This document shows, one piece after another, positions 50,762-61,792 of a stretch of DNA of 64,000 nucleotides. The translations under genes and the position numbers were made by a program. Origin of the DNA: Felis catus (lineage: Eukaryota); contig NC_058382.1 in the NCBI RefSeq assembly GCF_018350175.1, forward strand, positions 53,570,001-53,634,000, given 5' to 3'. The notes beneath the pieces are model-generated. The model did not search any database. It saw only the letters and a list, made by a program, of their open reading frames with translations, and had not been told where the DNA came from. Position 1 is the stretch's first letter; every line of letters begins with the position of its first letter.

Positions 50762-51043
50762 TTTTTTTTTTTGTTTATTTATTTTGAGAGAGGGAGAGAG
50801 GGAGAGACGGAGAGAGGGAGAGAGGGAGAGAGAGAGAAAGGGAGAGAGAGAGAGAGAAGGCATGTGCAAATGAGCAAGCTGGAGTTGGGGAGGGGCAAAG
50901 AGAGAGGAAGAGAGAGAATCCCAAGCAGGCTATGTGCTGTCAGCATAGAGCCTCATGTGGGGCTTGATCCCAAGACCTTAGGATCATGACCTGAGCTGAA
51001 ATCCAAGAGTCAGATGCTTAACCAACTTGGCCACCCAGGCGCC
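50762..51043 (-). mobile_element. Older SINEC with expanded (GA)n linker
   Basis: Head ends CCACCCAGGCGCC. TSD-like TCTCTAGTAATCC / TCTCTTGTAATCC on the flanks. Confidence 0.9.
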
Positions 51044-51096
51044 TCTCTCTTGTAATCCCATTTTGTAACCAATGTATCTGAAGTTTGGAGAAGGTT

Positions 51097-51251
51097 GATG
51101 GTTCATGGGTTCGAGCCCCACGACAGGCTCTGTGCTAACAGCTGGCTCCTGGAACCTGCTTCAGATTCTGGGTCTCCCTCTCTCTCTGCCCCTGCCCTGC
51201 TTATGCTGTGCCTCTGTCTCTCAAAAATGAATAAATGTTAAAAAAAAAAAA
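51097..51251 (+). mobile_element. 5'-truncated SINEC_Fc with 18-bp TSD, inside a MIR
   Basis: TGAAGTTTGGAGAAGGTT is duplicated at 51079-51096 and 51252-51269. The element starts just before the B-box. Confidence 0.92.
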
Positions 51252-52733
51252 TGAAGTTTGGAGAAGGTTAAGTGATCGATCCAAGGTCATACAGAGTGAG
51301 GATCCGGGTTGGACTGGAATCCTGTTCCAGCTGAGTACAGATCCACACTCTTACCACCAGAGCTAGGCCGCTTAGAGTCAAACCCCAGTTGTGCCTCTTG
51401 CCAGATTTGCAACCCGGGGCAGATTACTTAAGCTCTCCAGACTCAATGTCCTGATCTGTAAAATAGGTTTTATAATATTACTTACTTCACGGGGTGGTGG
51501 CGAGGAGTAAATGAGGCCGCGTGTGCCCAATGCTGGGGACGGTTAACACACACAAACGCTGGGACCCTCTGTGTACCACCTGATGGTCAGCAAGGGCAGA
51601 CCTCTAACCCCACTGGAGAGGTCACAGCTATGCTGAGCTGTGAAGAAGAGTGACTGAGGGTTGCCCCGGTGGGGAAGGGAAGAGAGTCCCGCAGGCAGAA
51701 GCAACGTTTCTTCCAAAGGCGTCGAAGTCAGGAGGGCAGGGAGGGTTTGGGGCGTGCTGGCCAGCAGTGTGGGGTGGCCTGAAAGGCACTTGCGTGGAGG
51801 GAGGTGGATGGGACTGAGAAGCAGGCAGAAGCGGGACTCGAGGGCTCTGGAGCTTGTTCTAAAGGCAACGGGGGGAGGATAAAGGGTGTGAAGTGAGGAA
51901 ACGACTCACTCTCCCCAAAAGAAGAAACGATTCTAGAACCCAACTCCAGGGCCTTAAGTCCTACTGCAGCCCATGCTGGAGACAAGGAGAACGACTCCTG
52001 GCTGCCTAAAGGCCACTTCCTCTGTAATCCTCCTCTGGGGCTGGCCTTAGCAGGCAAGTCGGGTGCTCGGCTTGCTGTGTGCCAGCTCCTTCCCTGCGAG
52101 CCTTCTGCAGCGGTTCCCAGCCCTGCACAGAGGACAAGCTGGGGCTGCAGGGAAGGCGGTCGGCTCTCGTTACCCTGTGATCGTGGGGGAGGGCGGCAAC
52201 CTTCTGGAAACAGCTCCCAGCCAGGGCACCCGGGCCCGGGGCTGATGCCTGGCTTTTGGGCACCCTGGGCTCTGGCATCTGTCTCAGGGGGCTCAGGTTC
52301 AAACGTGCAGTTTTTACTTACAAAAGAGTGGGGCGTGGATTTGCGTGTCTCCCCAGGGTTACGGGGAGCCTGCACCTGCCAGGACCCGGATCCTCAGAGG
52401 ATCGGTTTGCCTTTGAAGGACTGGGTCAGTGGTTTGGTCCATGGGGACCTAGCAGTGAGTTCTGTTCTCAGACGAGTGCCCCCGAGGAAGAGCATGGAAA
52501 ACGCTACCCCGGGCCCCGGGCCGCCCAGGGGAAGAGGGCTGGCCTCCACATTTTCCCAGATCCGTGTGGGCAGCTACAAAGGAGCTTTTGAGGATAAACA
52601 AATACAGAATTGAGAAAATAAGGAAGGAGCTGGCATTTGAAGAATGTGAATATTTAGAAAATGCTGGGGAGTGAAGACAGAGCTGGCTGTTCTCTTGTAG
52701 GTTAGATGTCTGACGGCCTGGGACGGGGGAACC

Positions 52734-52735
<2 letters not shown>

Positions 52736-52768
<33 letters not shown>

Positions 52769-52795
52769 AAAGAAAAAAAGGAGGGGGAAAAAAAA
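52736..52795. repeat. Poly-A / A-rich tract
   Basis: About 30 consecutive A followed by an A/G-rich tail. Confidence 0.95.
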
Positions 52796-53426
52796 CATCT
52801 TGGTGGAGACAAGGTTCCTTCAGGGTGGATTGTTTCCCACAGGCAAAAATGAAGGATGTGAAAGCAAATGATTCCGAGGGAACAGCATAGACACTACATC
52901 ATTTCACGTCTCGGTCAATGTAGTGGTAGAAAGACACCACCCCCCACTGTTCTCACGTTATAGTTTAACTGTGCCTTATTCTGTTCTTCTTACTATTATT
53001 TGTATGTATTTATTGGCAGACACACTCAAGGAGGGGAGCAGTTTGAACCCGGCAGTTTCTGGAGCATAGCAGCCCCGAGGCGCTGGCCGAACATGCCTGA
53101 AGCAGGTTAAGGGGGAAACTCAAGGCTGAAATCCACGAGGGGCCTACATACCTTCAGCCGCAGCAGAGAATGGCAAACAGCAAGGAACTAATTGTTCATG
53201 CACCTGATCTTAAATTGGCAAATCCTTCATTGGACATGTCCGAGGCCCCTTTTCTTCTTGACTCAAACAACTTTGTTCATTTGTTTATCCACTCATGTGT
53301 TCAACAGACACGTTTGTACGTCTAACAAGTACTAAATGCGTCTGTTAGCCCAGGTCTCTTCCGTTAAATGTTCAAGTACTATCTCATTATTGTTAATACT
53401 GCCAGGTATGTGCTGTCATCATGCCC

Positions 53427-53670
53427 CTTTTATTTATTTTATTTTATTTTATTTTATTTTATTTTATTTTATTTTATTTTATTTTTTAAGTTTATTTATT
53501 TATTTTGAGAGAGAAAGCACAAGTCAGGGAGGGGCAGAGGGAGAGGAGAGACAGAGAATCCCAAGCAGGCTCTGCAACGTTTAGTGTGCAGAGCCTGATA
53601 TGGGGCTTGAACCCACGAACGGTGAGATGACCTGAGCCAAAGTCAGACACTTCACCGACTGAGCCGCCCC
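53427..53670 (-). mobile_element. SINEC with (TTTTA)n tail
   Basis: Pentanucleotide tail at 53427-53487, then the SINE body. Confidence 0.9.
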
Positions 53671-53708
53671 TTATTACCTGCATTTTAAAGATGGTGAAAT
53701 TGACGCTT

Positions 53709-54165
53709 GGTATATTACCTTCCTAATGTCTCTGTAGGAAATTATCACGAACTTTGTTGTTCAAAACAGTATGAATGTATTATCTTGTGTCTCCTGAGGT
53801 CAGAAGTCCAACATGGCTCTAACGGTGTGGACAGGGCTGCACTCCCTTCTGGAAGCTCCCTGGGACAATCTACTTCCCTAATTGTTCTAGAAGCCACCTC
53901 TAGACTTGAGGTTCCCCACCTTAAAAGTCTGAAACTGCAGGCCAAGTCTTCTTCAGAGAGCATCACCGTGACACTGACTTCTTCCTCCCACTTCCAATTT
54001 TAAGGACTTTTGTGATTACCCTGAGCCCACCTGGGTAACTAAGGATAAACTCTCTATTAAGGTCAGCTGGTTAGCAACCTTAATTCACTCTGCAACCTGA
54101 ATCCCTCCTTGCTATTTATAGGTAACCTATTTATAGGTTCCGGCGATTGGGATGTGGCCACAATT
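53709..54165 (-). mobile_element. MLT1-family MaLR solo LTR
   Basis: TGAGGTCAGAAGTCCAACATGG...CAGGGCTGCACTCCCTTCTGGAAGCTC...TAAGGACTTTTGTGATTAC...GGTCAGCTGGTTAGCAACCTTAATTC. Confidence 0.8.
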
Positions 54166-54257
54166 CAAGTGGCTCATTCATGGTCAGTGAGTGGCAGACC
54201 CTGCACTGAGGCCTTGGTGGTCTGGCTCAGTCTGCTTTCTACCTCTCCTCACCTCTT

Positions 54258-54725
54258 ATTTTTTTATTATTATTAAAAAAAATGTTTTCATGTTTATTTA
54301 CTTGTGGGAGAGAGAAAGAGAGAGCAAGTATGCAAGCAGGGGAGGGGCAGACAGAGAGACGGAGACACAGAATCCGAAGCAGGCTCCAGGCTCCGAGCTG
54401 TCAGCACAGAGCCTGATGCGGGGCTCGAACTCACAGACCGCGAGATCATGACCTGAGCTGAAGTTGGATGCTCAACCAAATGAGCCACCCAGGCGCCCCT
54501 TTTTTAAAAATTTTTTAATGTTTATTTTTGAGAGAGAGAGAGAGAGAGAGAGAGTGAGCATGAGTGGGGGAGGGGCAGAGAGCGAGGGAGACACAGAATC
54601 GGAAGCAGGCTCCAGGCTCTGAGCGGTCAGCACAGAGCCCGACGCGGGGCTCAAACTCACAGACCGCGAGATCATGACCTGAGCCGAAGTCAGACGCTCA
54701 ACCGACTGAGCCACCCGGGCGCCCC
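54258..54725 (-). mobile_element. Two SINEC_Fc copies head-to-tail (about 54258-54498 and 54499-54725)
   Basis: Two complete bodies abut. CCTCTCCTCAC / CCTCTCCCAC flank the pair. Confidence 0.93.
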
Positions 54726-55868
54726 TCTCCCCACTATGTGCCAACAACTCCTGTAGGGGCTGGGGACACATCAGTACAAACTACTGTCCGTCTCTGACCT
54801 TATGGCCCTTTTATTCCACTGGCGTCCTTGGAGCCGAGTCTCACGCACTATGGACAAGAAAAGTCTGAGGCACTGTCAGACGGAGATAAGCTCTGAGCTG
54901 CACGGAGTACAGGAAGGAGTCAGAAGAGCAAACACAGTGAGCACCCGGGGATGCAGGAGGGGATAGGTGAGGAGGTGGGCACTGAAAGTACACTGGGACA
55001 ACAATTGAAGACATAATCAGCTGTGATTAGGCACTAGGGACTCTTCTGGGACCGAGTCCCTTTCTCTTCCTTTGATTATGTGTTGATCTGTGCACCACCT
55101 GAGTGCTGGCATTCTGGCTTTTGTGCACTTTGCCCATGCCCACATCTACCAATGCGCCTTCACGCTGCCCTGGGCCATGAGGCATTGCGCGCACACACAC
55201 ACACACGCACACGCACACACACGTTCACACGCCTTGGGCATGTCCAGGCCTGAGCGGCCGCCTGACCAACCACTTGACTGCCGCTAGCTAGTGCATTTCT
55301 CCTGTGTCTGGTGGGCGTTCACAGGCCAAAGCAGAGTAGAGGAAGTTGGCCTCCAAAGCCTGCTCCTGACCAGGGACCCGTCACTAACCCACCCTTTTGG
55401 AATTAGAGGACCTGAAATGGAGCCTGATCTCTGGCAGGTGCCAACCGATGGACATCACCCTTCCTGAGCGTGGGTTTCTACCCATGTAAAAACGGGCCTG
55501 GGGAATATGCCTCTGGGGAGCTGTTGCAGAGAGGAGTTATGATAAACGTGGATGCACTTTGTGATTGTAAGACGTATGCGAGCAAGTTGTGTTATGAAAG
55601 CAGTGCTTGCGGACGTAATAACGGGCTCTCTCCAGCGCCAGGGAGAGATCCATCTGAGCTACAGGGACGGGACTGTAAGGACAAGAGGAGATACGTTTTA
55701 ACAAATCACTCGGAGATCATTCATTTCAGTGAAATTTATCCACCTGGGACACCAAACACATATTTGAGCATAATCAAGAAGTTTTTATTCAGTTTGCCTT
55801 TTGGACCTCTGATCTAGTCATTAGGATGTTCTCAGTGAAGAAAATCTCCATCTTTACAGGGTAGACTT

Positions 55869-56038
55869 GATTTCTTTTTTTAAAAAAATTTAAAATTTTT
55901 TTTTGTTTTTAATTTCGAGAGCAAGAGAGACAGATCATGAGCAGGGGAGGGGCGGAGAGAGAGAGGGAGACAAAGAATGTGAAACAGGTTCCAGGCTCCG
56001 AGCCATCCACACAGCCCAACCGTGGGGCTCGAACTCAC
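55869..56038 (-). mobile_element. 5'-truncated SINEC abutting a pyrimidine microsatellite
   Basis: SINE similarity ends at GGGGCTCGAACTCAC, with no A-box half. Confidence 0.88.
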
Positions 56039-56147
56039 TCTTTCTTTTCTTTTCTTTTCTTTTCTTTTCTTTTCTTTTCTTTTCTTTTCTTTTCTTTTCT
56101 TTTCTTTTCTTTTCTTTTCTTTTCTTTTCTTTTCTTTTCTTTTCTTT

Positions 56148-56194
<47 letters not shown>

Positions 56195-56300
56195 CTCTCT
56201 CTCTCTCTTTCTTTTTCTTTCTTTCTCTCTTTCTCTTTCTTTCTTTCTTTCCTCCTTCCTTCCTTCCTTTCTTCTTTTTTTCTTTCTTTCTTTGTTTTTT
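56039..56300. repeat. Compound (TTTTC)n-(TTTC)n-(TC)n microsatellite
   Basis: Long perfect pentamer run grading into tetramer and dimer runs. Confidence 0.98.
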
Positions 56301-56756
56301 GAAGAAGCCAAAAGACAGCCACTGCCAAGTCTTGTTAATAAGGAGGAGATAATGGTTTGGGGACAAATGCTGTGAACTGGCTGAGGGAGACATTCCCAAG
56401 GAAAAGCTTTCAGATCATTTGTGCAAAGACAGTGTTGTAGGAATCACAGGAGAGCTTCTTGAGAGAAAACACACAGCTGGAAATGTCAGATGTGGCCAGG
56501 TTGTAGGACGGCTTATTATGCCCATTCATCACCGCAGAATTTTTGTACGAAGGTTCCTCCCCCACCCCAAACCCAAGAAAGTACAGAGCCTTCTTCTCTA
56601 CCTTATATTCTGAGCCTAGGTGATAATACAGCTTTTGTATGCTCTGAATGAGGTTTAGTGAACTCGGCACCTGATTTCTAACCTTAATCCAATACTTTTT
56701 AGCTGGATGGTCTTGGGATGTCACTGAATTTCATCACTTCACTTTATTCACTTACC

Positions 56757-56984
56757 CAGTGATTCTCAGCTGGAAGTGATTTTGGCCCCTACGGGTCATC
56801 AGACAATGCCTGGGGACGTTACTGGTCGTCACAACTTGGGGGAGGGGGAAGGTGGGGTGTGCCCCTGGCATGTATGGGTTGAGGCCAGGGATGCTGCTAA
56901 AAATCTTACAATGCACCACACGGCTCCCACAACAAAGAATTATCTGGCCCCTAATGTCCATAGTGTCGAAGCTGAAAAACCTTG
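56757..56984. mobile_element. MER20 hAT-Charlie DNA transposon
   Basis: CAGTGATTCTCAGC...GGTCGTCACAACTTGGGG...GAGGCCAGGGATGCTGCTAAA...ACAACAAAGAATTATCTGGCCCC...GAAAAACCTTG. Confidence 0.88.
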
Positions 56985-58506
56985 TACTAAGTAGAAATAA
57001 TAGCAGTACCAACCTCCCAGGGCTGCTGTAAGATTCAATGTATGGAAAATATTTCCCATGTTGCTTGGTGTGAGTTGGGATATAATCAATGTTAATTATA
57101 CTTGTGAATAAAAGTGGAATATTGACTATAATATGCAACCTGTGGGTATACCCACTACCCTCCTCTGTTCTTTGTACCCTCACCCCTACTCTGAAAATCA
57201 TTACTTTGATGGCCACATCTGGTGTGCATTTTCATAGACACCTTTGGAGATGGAAAAGTGGTCATCCATGCAGGTCAGCGGAGTCTCTATGTCCTTGAAA
57301 ACTCACACTTTTCCCACCACTCAAATTCTCCGTCCTGGGATGAAGGCCAAACACCATTATGAATATTACTACCTCAATTAAAACAATAGTTACCATGTAT
57401 CTGGCCCTTTATATGCATTATTTTAATTTAATATTTCCTATAACCCAGAAATGGTACTACTATGGTCCAGATGGCTGAGGCTCAGAAAATATTAAGTAAC
57501 TTGGCCAAAATTAAATGGCTAGAAAGAGGCAACAGCCAGATTTAATCTCACCTACATTTGACTCATGTCGAACATTCTATGATTCCCTGAAGCTGGGGAA
57601 AGACATATTGAGGAGACTGCTGCACTTTGGCCATAGAACCAGCATTCTGAGCTAAAAATGCCTGCTCCTTTTCTAAAGAATTTCTTTGTGCTTCTTTCCA
57701 GCTCTCTACCATTAAGGAGAGCTGTTAGTTGCCTAATTAAACATATTTGTTTCAGGCATGAAGGTGGTCTTCAAGAGCGAAAACCTCTGAGTATTTGCAA
57801 TCTGTCTTTCACATGGCATTAAAAATTCACTTTCTAGAACACCGATAGATCTCTGCCCCCCACCCCAAGCAACAGGATCTATGTTTTCACAATCCATAAT
57901 TCAAACCCAATCTTGGAAGAAATGTTAAAATGATAAACATGTTACTTGTGATGTGTGGCTGTTTAATGATGATGTTATTGAGCAAGGAAATTAGACCCAT
58001 GTCAGATGCGGTTTTGAAGGAGATGCCGGCAGGAGGGAAAGGCTGGTAAAGAGATTTTTCTTCCTGGGAAGAGCATGCTATTTATGTACCTCTCTTTCCG
58101 AAGTTGCTTAAAAACACATTGGCCTTTTGGCTTCCTCTCTGACTCGCGTTGCAGAAGCGTGTTGATGTGTTTGTTTTAAGCTTTCTCTGGCTAAATGGAA
58201 TCATAACTGATTATTCCTTGAATTTAAGCTTTTGTTATTGTTGTTGACTTTTCGACGTGGTTATCGGCAGGGGAAGGGGTGGCGGTTTTCTTAATATCGA
58301 CCTTGTGAACATACTCTCAGACTTTCTCATCTTCTAAAAGGCAATATAAATGCAGCAGAAAAGAAACAGTCGAATGAGTACTCTAACTTTGTCCTTGTGT
58401 CCACAAAAATGAATTCATGGACTCATCTCTTTACCAACAGCCAGACTTCCCGGATTTGCCCGTTAGTATTTTGTCTTTTCTCTGATCACAGGGACTTGCT
58501 ACTTTT

Positions 58507-58729
58507 TTTTTTTTAATTTTTTTTTTTAACGTTTATTTATTTTTGAGACAGAGAGAGACAGAGCATGAACAGGGGAGGGGCAGAGAGAGAGGGAGACACA
58601 GAATCTGAAACAGGCTCCAGGCTCTGAGCTGTCAGCACAGAGCCCGACGCGGGGCTCGAACTCACGGACCGTGAGATCATGACCTGAGCCGAAGTCGGAC
58701 GCTTAACCGACCAAGCCACCCAGGCGCCC
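58507..58729 (-). mobile_element. SINEC_Fc with 16-bp TSD
   Basis: GGGACTTGCTACTTTT at 58491-58506 and 58730-58745. Close to consensus and CpG-rich. Confidence 0.96.
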
Positions 58730-59111
58730 GGGACTTGCTACTTTTAAGCGTGGTCGGCAGCACCTGGGAGCGTCTCGGAAATACAGAATCTACACTCCAC
58801 CCAAAGCCATGGGACCAAGATCTGTACACTGTGAATTGCCACAGGTGACTCATGGGCACTTAACACTGGAAGAGCACAGAGTACAGAGTCCCCTGTCCAA
58901 GGATGCGTCACCAGTCGGTATCAGCCTTAGACTTCCCCCCAGTTAAAAGAGGGTGTGGGGCAGAAGCTCCATTCTAGTCCTGAAAACAGCGACTTAGTAA
59001 CCACTGAGCAACTTTTCTGCACCAGGTTCCATACAAAGCATTGGGAGCATCCTTCATGCAAGGTCCCTGTTCCCTAGGTGCTTTTCCACGCACAGGAGAC
59101 AGATGATAGAG

Positions 59112-59300
59112 CGGCATGCTTGAGTAGAATGTTCTGCAATGTTCTATAGCCATATATGGCAGCCACTGGCCATGTCTGGCTATTGAGCACTTGACGTGTG
59201 GCTAGTGTAACTGAGGAATTGCATTTTAACTTTACTTAATTTCCATGAATTTAAATGTAAATAGCCGTGTGTGGCTAATGGCCACCATGTTGGATAATCC
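59112..59300. mobile_element. MER3-like hAT-Charlie element
   Basis: TAGAATGTTCTGCAATG...ATGGCAGCCACTGGCCATGTCTGGCTATTGAGCACTTGA...GTAACTGAGGAATTG...AAATAGCC. Confidence 0.78.
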
Positions 59301-60440
59301 GGCTATGGATGACACGGAGGTGGTAATGGCAGTGCTAACAGAATCCGTGGGAGCAGCAAGGTGAGGGAAGATTTCCCAGCCCGGGAGGGAGGGGCGCAGG
59401 GTCAATGTCAGGTCAACGTCAGGCCTCTGTGTATCTCCTTTCATCTTGGATCGGCTCCCAAATTCGGGATGACATGAGCAGACTCAGGGACCAGCCTTTT
59501 GGGAAGTTTAAAATCCATTATATTCCCACCTCCTGCCTTCCCTCTCGTTTCCGGCCCTCCCTCATTCAGAGGTGGAATCACTCTTGCTTTGCATGGTACA
59601 AGCTTCCTAAAATGTCCGGTTGGGTACTTCTGCCTAACTAATTCCTTTGCATCCTTTAAGAGCCCATTCAAAGCCCATCTTAAGATTTCTGGTCACTGTC
59701 ACTTCCGCTCGACTCCCTTCTCCCCGGTGCCCCTTCACGGCAGAGAGCAAGCAGGGCAGGGAGGTTGTGTGGTTGGTGCTCTCTAGGCCTGGGCCGGAAT
59801 CCCCGGCTAGCTTTATAACCTTGGGCACGTACTCTAACCTCTCTAAACTTCTGCTTCCACATCTGTTCTGCGGAGATGCATAAAAAAAAAAATGCATATG
59901 CTCTCCGGGTGATTATGATTTAAACGACTGCCTACACGTAACTCCCTCAGCACAGTGCCCAGTACACCGTGAGCCCTCGAAGAATATTTGTTATTGGTAC
60001 TATGTTTTTACCAGTATATCCTCGATATTGCTATATTATTTATGCCTCATTACAAAACTATGTGATCGGAGCCCCCCGCTCTAAAATGTTTTTATGACTC
60101 CTTTCTATGCAGCAAAATGCCTGGCCCCAAGTAGCTGTTTCACGAACGTTTACTGAATGCATGCATAAACTAATGTGCGGGTGAATACGTAGATGCATGA
60201 ATGGTTACATGGATAAGTGCCTGATCGGCCTGTGCAGATGTCCAATGGCAACGGTGATTTCTCTGAAGGCCAAGAGCATTTGAAAGTGACCATCATTTGG
60301 GGGGCCTGTCTCATGCTTACTTAGCTTAATTCTAAAGCCCTTCCCTCACCTATAGCCTCATGAAAAGAACAGGAGTTACAATAACAAATACTTCTTCATC
60401 ATAGAGAATAGCAAGATATCAGGGGAAAAAAAGAACAGTT

Positions 60441-60702
60441 AATTTAATTTAAATGTTTATTTCTGAGAGAGAGAGAGAAGGAGAGGGGGAGGGAGAGGGA
60501 GAGAGGAGACAGGAGAGGAGAGGAGAGAGGAGAGAGAGAGAGCACACATGCACAGGAGGGGCAGAGAGAAAGGGATACAGCATCTGAAGCAGGCTCTGCT
60601 CTGACAGCACAGAGCCCGACGCAGGGCTCAAACTCGCAAACCTTGAGATCGTGACCTAAGCTGAAGTTGGACATTTAACCCACTGAACCACCCAAGCTCT
60701 CC
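60441..60702 (-). mobile_element. SINEC with expanded (GGAGA)n linker
   Basis: SINE body with a purine-repeat linker at about 60465-60542. Confidence 0.9.
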
Positions 60703-60800
60703 AATAGAACAATTTTAAAAGAACATAACTCCATCATCCACATAGAGCTACTGACACTTAAATGTTGGAGTATTTCCTTCCAGGCTTTTTTCTGTGTATA

Positions 60801-61029
60801 TTTAAAAAAAATTTTTAATATTTATTTATTATTGAGAAACAGAGAGAGAGAGAGAGAGAGACCGTGAGCAGGGGAGGGGCAGAGAGAGAGGGAGACACAG
60901 AATCCGAAGCAGGCTCCAGGCCCTGAGCTGTCAGCACAGAGCCCGATGCGGGGCTCAAACTCACAAACCACGAGATCATGACCTAGGCCGAAGTCGGATG
61001 CCTAACCAACTGAGCCACCCAGACACCCC
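60801..61029 (-). mobile_element. SINEC_Fc
   Basis: Full length, with TTTCTGTGTA on both flanks. Confidence 0.93.
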
Positions 61030-61129
61030 ATTTCTGTGTACACTTTTCAACAAATCTGTGATTACACTGTATTTGTAATTTTGGCTACATGTTTAAAATT
61101 AAAAAAAAAAATTTTTGACACACACCACC

Positions 61130-61792
61130 AGGTTGGCAACTATTTGAAGAAAACTGGAGCCTTCACACATTGCTGGGAGAAGTAGAAATTGGTATAATCA
61201 TCTGGAAAACTGCTCTGTGGTGTCTGTGAAAAGCTGTAAACAAATGAATTTCCAATGACCTGGCAATTCTAGGTACATACGCAACAGAAATGCGTACATA
61301 TGATCACCTGAAGAAGCCTTTTCATGAATAATCGTCGTCGTACTGTTAGTAATGGATAAAATTGGAAACAATCCAAAGGCTCACGGAGGGTGGAACGAAT
61401 AAGTAACTGTAACATATTAACACAATGGAATGGGGATCAGGAAGCTACAACTCCCACAGCGACCTGCACGAATGTAGCAAACAAAATATTCAGGAAAGAA
61501 AGGGACACATGAATATAGAAACTATGACTCTATCCAGTTTCAAGACCGGCAAAACCGAGCGAAAGTCTTAGAAGGGGTTACCCTGGGGGGTGGGGGGTGG
61601 GGGGTGGAGTAAAGATTTGAAGGGGTGGAGGCCAGGCTTCTGGAGTTCTATGATGTTTATTTCCCGCCCCCCCCCCCCATCCGGATACTGGGTAAACGAG
61701 TGTGTTCATTTTGTGAAAATTCATTGAACTGTATGTTTGCTTATGATCTGTGCACTTTTCTGCGTGTGTGTTATATACATCAATAAAACTTA
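61130..61792 (+). mobile_element. Old L1 (L1MD/ME-like) 3' end
   Basis: CACACATTGCTGGGAGAAGTAGAAATTGGTA...GCAATTCTAGGTACATAC...AATTGGAAACAATCCAAA...TGTGAAAATTCATTGAACTGTA...CAATAAAA. Confidence 0.82.

Noticed and set aside
54258..54725. Head-to-tail SINE dimer as a new composite element
   Set aside because: More simply explained by one SINE inserting into the A-rich tail of another, which is common.
55880..56399. Lys/Arg/Glu-rich and Phe/Ser/Leu-rich ORFs of 97-154 aa
   Set aside because: Translations of the (TTTTC)n microsatellite.
21772..58719. Recurring peptides like MAQSVKRPTSAQVMISRSVSSSPASGSVLTAQSLEPASDSVSPSLS that look like a gene family
   Set aside because: Each maps onto a SINEC_Fc copy. 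This is the conceptual translation of the SINE.
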